From positions 61,132,001 through 61,196,000 of the forward strand of contig NC_043004.1 of assembly GCF_006345805.1 (NCBI RefSeq): DNA of 64,000 nt, written 5' to 3'. The translations under genes and the position numbers were made by a program. A model generated the notes under the pieces. That model saw only the letters and a program-made list of their open reading frames with translations, was not told the origin of the DNA and did not search any database. The number at the start of each line of letters is the position of its first letter. Within the stretch, counting starts at the first letter, position 1. This document shows positions 37,878-51,599 of this stretch, in pieces. Source of the stretch: Octopus sinensis. Lineage: Eukaryota.

Positions 37878-39023
37878 TTATATAGATGTTTATACATATC
37901 AATATCTACATATACAAGTCTTACTCGTATGCACATGCACACGTGCGCACCCATATATACGTGTATCTGCATGTATTATCGCCCCTGTACAGGCAGGTAT
38001 ATATACCTTGTATGCATACGTACATTCACATATACACACATAATACATACACGCACATATGATTGGATGCAAATACATATGTAATTAACTAATGCACTGT
38101 CCTTAATCTATTACACAACTCCAGAACCATATACATAGGATGAACCAAAAATTGTAAGCAACGATATGCCACTCACCTCCATTCTTTTAGATACGATAAA
38201 CATAGTAAATCTACAACACTCGCCAACCACATACAACATCTCGAAAATAAAAATATACCCTATATTCTATCAGGGTCCATACTGGACTCTGGGCTTCCCT
38301 ACCGAGGTCAGCGTTCAACCTACAAATTTTGCCTGACGGAGTCACTTCCCATATGAAAGCACAACTCTCCAGCATTGCTAATTAACATAATGAGGCACTA
38401 AGCACATGCAACCACCGCTTTTTTCACACATACAAATTCGACCGCAAATCCAAATGCCTAAACGACCACACAGTACATTTCTACAATAGCCCGTAGGTAA
38501 TCCCAATAACCTTATAAAACTACATTTTAACTCCTAATCCCTATCTTATTCATCAATTACACTCGAATATCACAACTATCTAATCATATTCGTGTGTATA
38601 TGCATCTGTGCATATGTGCGTGTATATGTATGTGTGTGTATTCGTGTATGCATATGTGTGTATATGTGATGCCGTAAAGGCAATTTTTTCCAAACACGCC
38701 TGCTACATAAGTTATATTTGTCTCATTTTGTCTAAAGTCGTAAGACACCTGCTGTTATCCGGTTATTAACCATTCTTGTTTTTATTTTTATTTTTGTTTT
38801 CGTTTTTTTGTATTTATATTCGTTCCTTTTTCCTAGAAATCTAATGCTCACAGCTCAGTTTTTCCTTGGGGCTGGCCGCGTTGGAGCAAATATCAGAATT
38901 AATCAGTCGAAATTTGCTATGGTGATCCGGTTTCTGACTGAAGATTAAAGGCTTCGAATGGCCCGTCTGTTTTCTGTGTTCGTCCCTTTGTGTATTTCAT
39001 GTTCTTGTTTCTTTATATATAAT

Positions 39024-39065
<42 letters not shown>

Positions 39066-39117
39066 TATTTCTATATATATATATAATTTTTATTTCTATA
39101 TATATATATATAATTTT

Positions 39118-39163
<46 letters not shown>

Positions 39164-39693
39164 TATTTATATATATATGCGTGTATAGAGGCGATAATAG
39201 ATCTACACATAATGTAGATTGAAGTGAATCTGATCTTTAAAGATAACCGTTAAGAGCAATAAATAGTATTCGTGTTACTAGACCTCAGTGAACTATATTC
39301 TGATCATTACATCCAGGAATAGAGGAATGTAGCGAGAGCCGAAAGCCTTATCTTCTCCTTCAGTGCAAAATGTCTTCATTTAGGTTAGAAAGCTTGAAGC
39401 ATAACCAATTCAGATTACTGTACTTTCAAAATTGGGAAATTGTTTTTGTTTTTCGTTTCGGATTTGATGATGTTGCTCACATATCGCAATTTTTTTTACC
39501 CAGATGGAATAATTAAGATCATTAAAAGAATAATAATAAAAAATTATCGTATTTAATCTCGTATAACATAAAAGTAATTTAGAATTTAAAAGAAAACATT
39601 TCAAAAGGTATTCGTTTCTAAAAAAATGTGCGTAAATAGGTTAACTACAGGCATTAATCTAGTTTGCTTACTTCAAAAGTTTTTTATACAAAC

Positions 39694-39731
<38 letters not shown>

Positions 39732-39748
39732 GTGTGTGTGTGTGTATG

Positions 39749-39780
<32 letters not shown>

Positions 39781-39944
39781 GGTATGTATTTATGTATGTA
39801 TGCTTGTATATATGTAAATATATACGTTTATATTTTTATATTTATGTATATATATCCATGCATATATGTGTACTTACACACATTAAATATACATATGCAA
39901 GTACATACATGCATACACCCCCCACATATATGCATATATACATA

Positions 39945-40008
<64 letters not shown>

Positions 40009-41338
40009 AACAAATATATACATATATATACACATTTATGTAAACATATACACATATACATATGTACATACATACATACATACTTATATATATATATTAT
40101 ATATATATATATAATATATATATGCATGTGTATATATGTATATACATTAAATATAGGTACGCAAAGCCATGCATGCACACACACACACACGTGCTCATAC
40201 ACATGTGTACACATACACGTGCGCTCGCTCTCGCATGGTAGAGATACAAGCTGAATTCAGTTAAAGTTCAGATAATTTTTCATTCTGAATTCTTCAAAAA
40301 AGTAATTTACTTAAAAGTGGTATGTATTTTATTTAATAAATATAAATACTCACAAATAATCAACAAAAGAAAACGACAAAAACAAATAAACAAAAAAAAA
40401 CATGAAAACGAATATTGGTTGGTAATTATATATCTATACTTGCGGCATTCTAATGCTGGTTGAATTCAACGTAATTAAGGTAAATATAATTAAATAAAAT
40501 GTACAAATTATATCATAATAAAGGAATTGGAAATGACAAAAAAATCTCGCGTATATCGGTTAACAGCTCTATATTTTTATTCTATACCAATAAATATAAA
40601 ATATTTGTTTTAAATTTTGGTACAATACCAGCGACGTTGGGTGGGGTGTAATTCGATTACATTGACCTCTGTACTCAACTGGTGCTTATTTTATCCGAAA
40701 AGATGAAACGCGATGTTGACTTCGGCTAAATTGGTATTTGGAATCACAACACAAAGATAGAAGAAATTTGCTTCTGGTTTCGGCACCTCTCCGCTTTATA
40801 GGAATCTAAAACATTACATTTGCATAATGATATTTATATTTTGATACGTGCGGTGAAGTGTGTACCAGTCTTGAGGTGTCGATAAGACGGTGATAATAAA
40901 AAATATACCTGGAGACTAGGTTTTTCTCACTCACCGAAATATTGAAACTAGGAGAAATTGCAGAAAATCCACGTTTAATATACATTTTGTTTTTGAAGTT
41001 CATGTGGAATTCAAAGGTTTTTAGAAAATGTTTCATGGTGCTTGTTGAAATACGCTGCCTTTGTTTCAATTAAATGTGAATATAATAAAGCATTTTGTGA
41101 TATAACTCACTATTGTTGAGAATTTTAAAGTCAGATCACCTTAAAACAAAAATCTGACATCGCCATCGTGTAACCATCGGCTGTGTTGGGCATTTGGTAT
41201 TAAAACGGTTGAACTGCAACAGTTGCACTTGTGTTATATTAACAATATCGATGAAATGTCTTCGAAGAATAAAATGGTTTGAAGAATAAAATTAAATCGT
41301 ATTTCTTTACTTCATAAATTTCCATATTTTAGTTTCAG

Positions 41339-41598
41339 ATAATATCTAGGTGGTATCACCCACTGGATATGATATATTTTATATGGCTACTAGGTAGGAG
41401 AAGGGTAAATCCGAATGAATTTATTAATCTTTGATTTCTACTTAAATATCAACTTTTAAAACAATGTACTAGAAACACCACGTACACTCAGTTCTGCTAT
41501 CCCTGAATTATTGGAGCCACATAAGGCCCATATCATAGTAAGTTATGAGGAAATCACTGTTGGTGCATATGCCACTTATAGACCACCAAATACACTCA
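41339..41598 (+). CDS. Candidate exon pair 41339-41393 and 41473-41598 (IISRWYHPLDMIYFIWLL-E-TPRTLSSAIPELLEPHKAHIIVSYEEITVGAYATYRPPNTL)
   Basis: TTTTAGTTTCAG acceptor, TAG|GTAGGA donor, 79-nt intron, in-frame join and a consensus GTAAGT donor after the second exon. Only one frame is open in each exon. No homology recognised. Confidence 0.33.
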
Positions 41599-41984
41599 GT
41601 AAGTTGGTTGGCGTTTGGAAGCTCATCTAGCGCTAGAAACCATTCCAAACTAGGCATTGTTGCAGGACGCCAACATTGGACGCCTCAAATTTTGCCAACC
41701 CATGCCATATTGAGACAAGGCGATACATGATGATGATAATGGTGATGACGATGATGATGATGAGGAGGAGGAGGAGAGGAGGGGTAGGAAGAAAGTAAGT
41801 AGGAGGAAGCGGAGGAGAGGAGAAGGAGAAGGAATATGGGAGGTTCATCATAAGGAGCTTTATCTGCCACTTTCACACACACCACGTGCATGCACACACA
41901 GAAACAAATTAGGAAAATAGCAATACTCCTCATCTGCACTAATAACAGACTTAGAATCATTCCGTCGGTTACGACGATGAGGGT

Positions 41985-42301
41985 TCCGGTTGATCCGATC
42001 AACGGAACAGCCTGCTCGTGAAATTAACGTGTAAGTGGCTGAGCACTCCACAGACACGTGTACCCTTAACGTAGTTCTCGGGGATATATTTGAAATACAG
42101 GTACAACAGAAACAGGAAGTAAGAGTGAGAGAAAGTTGTGGTGAAAGGGTACAGCAGGGATCACCACCATCCCTACCGGAGCCTCGTGGAGCTTTAGGTC
42201 TTTTCGCTCAATAAACACTCACAACGCCCGGTCTGGGAATCGAAACCGCGATCCTACGACCGCGAGTCCGCTGCCCTTACCACTGGGCCATTGCGCCTCC
42301 A
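41985..42301 (-). mobile_element. tRNA-derived SINE (family C)
   Basis: The head GGAGGCGCAATGGCCCAGTGGTAAGG...GGTTTCGATTCCC has clear Pol III A and B boxes and is followed by a non-tRNA body. Confidence 0.85.
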
Positions 42302-42583
42302 CAATAACAGACTTAGAAGTGTGATGACGTTGATAAACGAAACGGAATATTTAACATATACAGTTATAATATTCGCTTAAAGCAGGAAGATGGTCTGCAT
42401 GCAGTCACCCACCTGAAACTAGTATATGCAGTTAAATTACTGTGTCCCAATTTTACCCGCAAGTACGTTAAAATATTGTGGATTTTCGAATCGAAGGAAA
42501 GAGGCAATAATAAAAACACGTTTGCTAAACGCAGGTCTAACATGACCACTATGGGTAACTTTTACCTTTTATCTGTTACAGTA

Positions 42584-42978
42584 GGCGCAGGAGTGGCTGT
42601 GTGGTAAGTAGCTTGCTAACCAACCACATGGTTCCGGGTTCAGTCCCACTGCGTGGCATTTTGGGCAAGTGTCTTCTGCTATAGCCCCGGGCCGACCTAT
42701 GCCTTGTGAGTCGATTTGGTAGACGGAAACTAAAAGAAGCCTGTCGTATATATGTATATATATATGTGTGTGTGTGTGTGTTTGTGTGTCTGTGTTTGCC
42801 CCCTAGCATTGCTTGACAACCGATGCTTGTGTGTTTATGTCCCCGTCACTTAGCTGTTCGGCAAAAGAGACCGATAGAATAAGTACTGGGCTTACAAAGA
42901 ATAAGTCAATTTGCTCGACTAAAAAGGCGGTGCTCCAGCATGGCCGCAGTAAAGAGTAAAGAGTAAAAGAGAAAGAGT
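42584..42978 (+). mobile_element. SINE family A
   Basis: Colinear with other copies. Confidence 0.9.
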
Positions 42979-44257
42979 AATTAGACTGTGGTCTTTCTGG
43001 GACACCGTATTACAGAAGTTCTAGCCAAATGAATCGCGTCTGATACTTATGTTTTACAAAAGCTTCGGACTTATTTTTGGTATCTTTTGCCGAACCGCCA
43101 CGATACGGTGACGTAAAAACAATAACACCGATTGTTAAGCAGCGAAAGACAAACGTAGACACTGCGACAGGAACATACACATCTGTATCTCCCCTCCTCT
43201 CTACGTCTGATTTTCCTCCTCTCCTCTCTTCATCGGACGCGTATTCCTGTCTTCACTTCTACCCATCTCTCCTCTCCTTTCCTCTCTTCCTCTGACACAT
43301 TTCCTCTGTTCACTCCTACCCATCTTCTCTCTTCATTGGTACCCCTTCCACCCCACGCACATCCCCATCCCATACCCACATCCCGAGCCTATACCCACTT
43401 CACACTTCAATCCCACCAACTCCACACACCATGACAGCACATCACACCACACCACCCCACACCACTCCACATGCACTAGGACTGACCACTTCCCAGCACC
43501 CATCATCTGCACATCCACAAACCATCATCCGCACACGCAACCCATCATCCACACACCCACACATTACAGATGCACACACGCACACGCAATATGAATACAC
43601 ATCAAAATCACTAGCCCCTATCCACACACACACAGACACAAACGCACGTGCACCTTCATTTTGGGATCGCCAATACTTTATTATCACCCTTCTTTCTACC
43701 TCTCCTGTCAAACATATTTTTCCGCGACCAGTCGCCATGTTTGATCGCTAAATCTACACAATTTGTTATTCTCTGTCTGTGCATAGGCTCGCAACGTAAA
43801 AGGCATTCTCACTTTCCCGAGCGTCAAACTAATACACCTACTTGTTGTTCATACACCTTCGTCATTTGTTATTTTGTAAATTTCAACTATATATATATAT
43901 ATATTATATATATATATATATATATACACGATGGGCTTATTTCAGGTTCCCTTTACTACTTTACTGAATCCACTTACAAAGTATCTTCCAGTATAGCCCG
44001 CGGTTATAGTGGAAGATACTTGCCCGAGGTATCACGTAAAGGGACAGTATCAGAAGACATATGGCTGGAAAACAAACTCCTTACCACACAGCGAGACCTG
44101 CGCCTATATGCAGAATTTTATTGCAAATAAACTAGAGAATTCTAAAGGTTAAGTAAAAAAAATTCTGAGCTTATTGATTGTTGCATTTTGTTTCGTAATT
44201 TTCCAGTTATGGTCTCTATATATATTTAAACTGAAATTCAAAACACTCTTTGTATAC

Positions 44258-44463
44258 TCTCTCTCTTTTACTTGTTTCAGTCATTTGACTGCGGCCATGC
44301 TGGAGCACCGCCTTTAGTCGAGCCAATCGACCCCGGGACTTATTCTTTGTAAGCCCAGTACTTATTCTATCGGTCTCTTTTGCCGAACCGCTAAGTGACG
44401 GGGACGTAAACACACCAGTATCGGTTGTCAAGCAATGCTAGGGGGACAAACACAGACACACAA

Positions 44464-44526
<63 letters not shown>

Positions 44527-44688
44527 GACAGGCTTCTTTCAGTTTCCGTCTACCAAATCGACTCACAAGGCATTGGTCGGCTCGGGGCTATAGCAGAAGA
44601 CACTTGCGCAAGATGCCACGCAGTGGGACTGAACCCGGAACCATGTGGTTGGTTAGCAAGCTACTTACCACACACCCACTCCTGCGCC
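44258..44688 (-). mobile_element. SINE family A, full length
   Basis: The reverse complement is colinear with the family consensus. Confidence 0.9.
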
Positions 44689-45492
44689 ATGTTGAAATAT
44701 CTTATGTAGTTTTTTTTTTGTGAGACTCATCTCTGTCGCGTTATAGTAGAATTGAAATTTACTGCCTACGTAACTTGCTAGAAAAAGTAAGCAAACCACA
44801 CTGAAATCAAACTTACAAGTAGAAACACCCCATTGTATTTAAATATGATTGACTCATTTGAAAAAGTACTTCAAAAAGCATAAAATCTGAATATAATCCT
44901 TGTGGTTACTTCCAATAACCTTCGATCATAAAATTGTTTGATCAGAGTGTGTCTAATGACATACAAGAAAAATAACCTAAAGAGCTGAAAAGCAAAGCAA
45001 TTTCTGGCAGAATGAGAACAATGAATGTAGATTTATTGAGCTGCATACAGCGATATTATAGCTGATGTAGTTTCGCTCTTGCAGGTGACCCATGCTGCTA
45101 TAGCCCAGTGGCTAAAACATTTTATTCGTAATCATCGCTTTTCGTCTATACAGTACAAATCGAACCGTGTCCTTCATTGTGTCTTTATTTTCTGAAACTA
45201 TTGCTGGTGGTCTGAATGAAATTTTACTGGTAATTGTTGCAAGTCAAGTGTTCGTGAAAAGGCTCCATTATGACTATATCTTTTAAATTGTTGATTTGCA
45301 GTATTTGACATTAGCGCTTTAATTTCACTTCATATCAATTTCTAACGTTGATTGGAAATGCAAAAGTTATTATAGAAGGAGTACGGCCAATAGAATCACA
45401 TGCAATGTTATTACCAGCATTTATTTTATGAGCTTGGTAGATGAAAGGCGGTAATTGCTTTATGAGCTTGGTAGCTGAAAGGCGGTAATTGC

Positions 45493-45720
45493 GGCGAGCT
45501 GGCAGAAACGTTAGCACGCCGGGCGAAATGCGTAGCCGTATTTCGTCTGCCGTTATATTCTGAGTTCAAATTCCACCGAGGTCGACTTTGCCTTTCATCC
45601 TTTCGGGGTCGATTAAATAAGTACCAGTTACGTACTGGGGTCGATGTAATCGATTTAATCCGTTTGTCTGTCCTTGTTTGTCCATTCTGTGTTTAGCCCC
45701 TTGTGGGCAGTAAAGAAAGA
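45493..45720 (+). mobile_element. SINE family B with 9-bp TSD
   Basis: GGTAATTGC at 45484-45492 and 45721-45729 flanks the element. Confidence 0.85.
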
Positions 45721-45849
45721 GGTAATTGCTTCTGTTAAGATTTGCAATCAAAAAGTAAAGAGATGAAATTAAATAGCGACAAAGTAACTGGTCCCGATCA
45801 ACTTCCGTTTCTCTAACATTACTGTTACTGTAAAATTATAAAATTCAGT

Positions 45850-47275
45850 ACGATCTTATTTACTAATGAATTAAATGATGAAGAATTTAAGAATATTTTG
45901 TCACAGTTAAGGAACAAATTCTGTTTTGTGAGTTTGTGTGTATGAGTGCGTGTTTGAAGCTATTAGAGCGTTAGAAAATTAGTGCAAAAATCCATGGTAC
46001 TCCAGATTCTGTCAAGTGTTTGATTTTTGCACAAGGATTGACAGATGAAAGGGATGCAGAAATTCGAACGAATTTTGTAGCAAAACTGTAAATGAACCAT
46101 GATTTGACATTGCAGAATCTGTGGGAAGAGTATGACATCATAGTAATATTAAGCCATGAATCGGAAGAAATTCAAAGGAAAGAGTGTTTTCACAAAAGAT
46201 CAGTCCAAAAAAGTCAGAAGAAAAAATGTTGCCGGTAAAAGAGAAAAAATATCGGGATGTAGACTCATGTATTACATGTGGTGGGATGTACCTGAAAAAA
46301 GAGTGTTCGTATAAGAAAGCAACGTGTTTTAGCTGTGGGTTTACATCGCACTGCAAACCTAGAAGGATAGAAAACTGAAACAAACAAGACAAGATAAATA
46401 GTTTTTCAGCAGAAAAGTTATGACTAGAACAAACAGAAAATTCGTAAATATGAGAATTGAAACCACTAGTGTCAGAAGGCAATTATGTACGAGAAGTGAT
46501 ATCACAATCATCAATGAGAAAACATGAGAGCAAATGAATAAACCAAATGTTCAAAGGTCGAACCAAAAAAAGTGAGTGTTGAAAAATCCTTGAATTTATT
46601 TGGCACCGAGTGTATGGAGAAATGTAATTTATGAGATTCACCCATAAGCGTTTTGTAAAATAACGTAAACGAGCAGTCAAACTATCGAACAAGGTCGATG
46701 AACTGTTACAAAATCGAAAGAAACTTTCCCAAAAGTTTTTTCGGATAGTTTAAACTATTGCTCAAATACGAAAGCAAGGATTGCTATCAAAGAATGTTCA
46801 ACGCCTATTTTCAGGCTCAAACGGAACATGCCGTTTGTGGCGGTAGACCCGGTCAATAAACAACTAAAAAGGTTGTAAAACCGGAATATAATTGAAAAGC
46901 TTGACCATCTAGACTGGGCGGCAGTGGCAGTTTACGCAAGAAAAAAAAAAGCTAACAATGTGCCCAGATTTTCGACTGGCTTAAACAATTGTTTACTCAC
47001 GCACAATTACCTACAACCAAGCACAGATGTTTTTGGTAAACTAAACGGAGGGAAATTGTTTTCGAGGTTAGACCTCTCACAAGCATACCTTCAAATCCAT
47101 CCAGGGGAAGATTGTACACATCCACTAACAATCAACACGAACCATGGATTGTGCAATTTCAAACGATTGTCATCTGGAGTTAAAATGGCACCCACAATAT
47201 TCCAACAAATAATGGATGCAATGTTAAATTAATGCGATCTCACCATCGCATATCTCGATGACATTTTGATAATGT
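45850..47275 (+). mobile_element. Decayed Ty3/Gypsy LTR retrotransposon (gag knuckles and RT N-terminus)
   Basis: CITCGGMYLKKECSYKKATCFSCG (gag knuckle-like); RT motifs FSRLDLSQAYLQI, TINTNHGL, APTIFQQIMD and AYLDDILI; many stops. Confidence 0.85.
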
Positions 47276-47978
47276 CCCGTTTCCCCTCACCAACAACCCC
47301 TCCACCCCTCCACCCTACCTCTCTAACGCACCATTCTCCGAGACATCAGACTCGGCAACGACACCCCGGTCTCGCGCCACCTCCTATCTACCGGTCATTC
47401 TTTACAACACCTGTCTGTGTACGGATTGTCCTTGCACAACAGCCATCTGGACTCTCGTCTTCGTACTCTCTTCACTCCCACCCACCTCTCTTCTCCTCTC
47501 TTCTCTTGCTCTGACAACTATTTCCTCTATTCACTATCCACTTTCTCCCCTTCACCCTCTCCCTTCATCATCACTCCTCCATCGTTACTGAATCCCTACA
47601 TATCCCAACCATACCACCCCTATAATCCCCTTTATCTCCCATTATTTCTAGCTCTCCTGTCTGACCACCTCTGTCCGGCCATCGCCATCATTGACTACTA
47701 GCTACTAAAGCTTTCTTTTTAATTATCTCTCTATTTATCAATATGTTCCTTTCTGTTGAAGAGAGTAGACTCGAAACGTAAAATACTTTCTCACCTTCCC
47801 GCGCGTTAAAGTAATACACCTATTTGTTGTTTACATACCTGTCTTCATCTTTTGTTTTTTGTAAATTCCAACTATATATGTATATAAACATGTATGTATA
47901 TATGTATGTATATATATGTATATATATATATATATATATGCATGTATATATAAACATATACATATATATATATATACA

Positions 47979-48028
<50 letters not shown>

Positions 48029-48383
48029 ATATACATACAGAGAGAGAGAGAGAGTGAGACATAGGTAGATGCAGAGGGAAAGAGAATTAATGATTATCTT
48101 AATGTACAAATTAGGACGAACGACACAATAAAATAGTGTCCGGACATTTTGATGTTAATGTGATATTACGTGAAGTAATAAAATATGAAGCTCGCAAAAA
48201 TCGTCTCACATCTAACAGATTCTAAATCTCTGTTGGCAATGCTGTTGATTTAAATTGCTTGTAGAATTGTTGAACTTTATAGATACATACATGCATACAC
48301 ACACTCACAGACATTCTGAGTCCAAACATGACTGATCATGACTGTGTGAGTACATGCATCTTTGTTTTGGTATGTGTTTTTTA

Positions 48384-48461
<78 letters not shown>

Positions 48462-48563
48462 CATATATATTTGTGTATGTATCTATGTACATATATATAT
48501 GTATGTATATATATATATATATATATATACATATATATACATATGTATTTGTGTATGTATCTA

Positions 48564-48638
<75 letters not shown>

Positions 48639-49837
48639 CATATATATACAAACATGCACACTAATACACGTACATACATCCATACATAAAAACTCATGTA
48701 TACATTCCTACACTGGCACTCTGTTTAACCACTTTCCAACCTTTTTATTTGCTTTTATTCATAGTTAAGATCGTAAATGTTTCTTTACCATATTTTTACT
48801 ACAAAGTAGACAACAATATGAAGCCGTTTATGTATTTGTTCATTGAACATGAACTAATGTTAAGCTGATAAATTGGCAGCGTAATAAAATTTCCATTATG
48901 TCCTCAAATATTTGTATACATTTATGAGAATCCACAGTGACATTATTCAATCATAATTTGCCAGGGAATTTCAAAATAAATAGATAATTGAGACACGTAT
49001 CAGATACATTTTCCTATACTTTACATTCCTCTGTTTATTTCAAATGAGTTATTGCAATTATATTTAAGGCTGCATACATTTAGACTAATTTAAATTTATA
49101 AAATTTTATAAATACTGATGGTCATTTTTCTCAGGCACGATTATGAGTACATCTAGGTAGGGGTCTGGGTTGATATTTTGTCCCCACAAATCGACCTGTG
49201 TGCTCTATTTTCAATTTTGGTACCTATTCTAGCGTCTTTTATTCTAACAACCAAGTTAGATGTATGTAAACAACCAACACCGTCTGATAACCACAGTTGT
49301 TGAACAAAGATGACCCCAAAACAAATATACTTGTCTATATATAGTTGTGTCTGTGGCCAAGTTAGCATGTTGCTCTCACAATCTCTAGACCGTGGTTTCG
49401 GTTACTGCACCGGGCGGCGCGTTATGTTCTTGAGATAAACACTTAATCTCAGTTGGTTTATTTCACTCAGCTGTAAAGCAGTAACCCTGAGACAGACTAT
49501 CCTCCACATCAGTTGCAATGTTGGATCCCTCCTCGTGATACGTGTGTAGTGCTATTCGAAAGTGAAAATGATGAAAAAGCGTATTGTCCGTATTGTCACC
49601 AGCAATGCATTACAACTGATAGTTTTGTCGATTACACGTATGTATATGTAAATGTATTGTTGACCACATAAAATTACATTTCTGTAGAACGCGTAATGAA
49701 TGGCTTTTTAAGGGTTGAACTTAAAGCAAAAATGCTTTAAATAACAGCCGGCAAATATTGTTAAAAACATATCTAGCAGGACAGTATTTCTACTTCGATT
49801 GCACCAATTTTTAAGTATATATATATATATTATATAT

Positions 49838-49948
<111 letters not shown>

Positions 49949-49980
49949 CACACATAATTTGAAACTGACTTATTGGAAGT

Positions 49981-50023
49981 CCACCTGAAGATTGTCGATC
50001 AAGACAAGAAACGATTGTAGTGG
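49981..50023 (+). ncRNA. Minimal type I hammerhead ribozyme motif
   Basis: CCAC-CTGAAGA-TTGTC(GATCAA)GACAA-GAAAC(GATT)GT-A-GTGG: all three stems close and the cleavage triplet is GUA (after 50019). Stem II closes with U-A rather than the usual G-C. Confidence 0.6.
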
Positions 50024-50193
50024 CGGTTTTTTTGACTATTTATTAAAATTTTATGTATTGATTAAGTCTTTCCTTGTTTGTTTTGCAAAATAGTGGTTTT
50101 GTCTCTAATAATATTTTATTTTATATGTATACATATATATATACATATATACATATATATATATACATACATATACATGCACACACACACACT

Positions 50194-50233
<40 letters not shown>

Positions 50234-50747
50234 AATGCATACACATATATATGTTATATATATATATGTACCTATGTGTATATATTCATACACAAGCGCA
50301 AACACACACACATATATATATATATAATATAAGAGCATAAAATTGTTAAAACATTTTATGAGTGGCCAGCATATATAAAAAGTCCTACTGAGATGAAATT
50401 ATAAGAGAATACAAAAAATATTTCTGTGCCTATATGCTGAAAAGAATCGCTAAATCGTCGATCCACGTTAAATATCTTCACTACTGTTATTACACACGTG
50501 TCGAGACGTGGGATCAAGCTAACAGAAATTCATAAAATTTGGTTATCTGTGGATCGGACGAATTTCTGGATTAATCTAAAGGGTTTTTCCTTCATCAGCA
50601 GAGAACACCATGATATATATGAAATACTTTTACATATCCACAGATAAGCAAACGCCATGTCGTGAATGCATATAAGTACCCCAAATATATCCACATAGAA
50701 ATTTCGTAGCAAACTTCGACACGGGTGTATCCGGTCTGGAATAGTAC

Positions 50748-50793
<46 letters not shown>

Positions 50794-50907
50794 TCAACGC
50801 ACCAAATCCCCGATTTCAGCGTACATTGATAAACAGTTCAGCCATGGGCTCTTAAAGAGCCTCCTCGTTCGAATTGCTGCGCCTCTGTTCTGTTTTGTTC
50901 TGTCAAC

Positions 50908-51018
50908 GGAATTCCTGTTTTTTCCTGATGAGAAAGCCACAATATGGTACCCTTATTTAATCAGAATTTGGAAATCTGTGGCCTTTGAAACATGTGTAGA
51001 ATGTAATAAAAGGAATTC
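50908..51018 (+). ncRNA. Imperfect type I hammerhead motif with long stem II
   Basis: CTGATGA at 50925, stem II GAAAGCCACA/TGTGGCCTTT, GAAA at 50987, ACAT/ATGT stem III with GUA, and distal stem I GAATTCCT/AGGAATTC. The two core-proximal stem I positions are mismatched. Confidence 0.45.
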
Positions 51019-51082
51019 TGTACAATCTTCGTTCAACTCCATTTCTTCCATTCAATAATAATATATACATATATATATATAT

Positions 51083-51113
<31 letters not shown>

Positions 51114-51599
51114 CATACACACATATATACATATTCACGTAAGTAAATGACGATCAGTGAGAATGATAGTTAAGCACTGTTAGTGGATAAAATGTCTCTA
51201 TTTGTATACTAAAGCTACCGTTGGTTTCATGTTAAGAAGAATATCTCAATATCTTAACAATTTTTGAAGCCGATCCCATGGTGAAGTGATGATCGTCTTC
51301 ATCTTGGTTGAACGCAAGAAAAATCTTGGAAATTCACAAAAAGGAATCAAGTTAACATGGTACGATTCTCTTAGATGGCATCTTTTAAGTGGTTCTCTTG
51401 GGTTTGACATTTGAGAAAAATCCGTGTTGGATGGTGAATTTGTTTGCATGATATTAAATTATATTCTAAGGGTATGCGATATTTGTATGCTGCTGTGCTG
51501 AGTTCATCAGGGGGCATGTGTCATCTATTTGTGGAGTTAGTATGTTGTATATATTCAATGTTGATTCTCAGAGAAAGAAACTATTCTGGGTGGATTGGT

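Noticed and set aside
47750-47800. TTGAAGA-GAGT/ACTC-GAAACGT-A as a hammerhead (related motifs near 13657 and 43785)
   Set aside because: C3 is missing and no stem I can be formed in any copy. It may be ancestrally related but is unsupported as a ribozyme.
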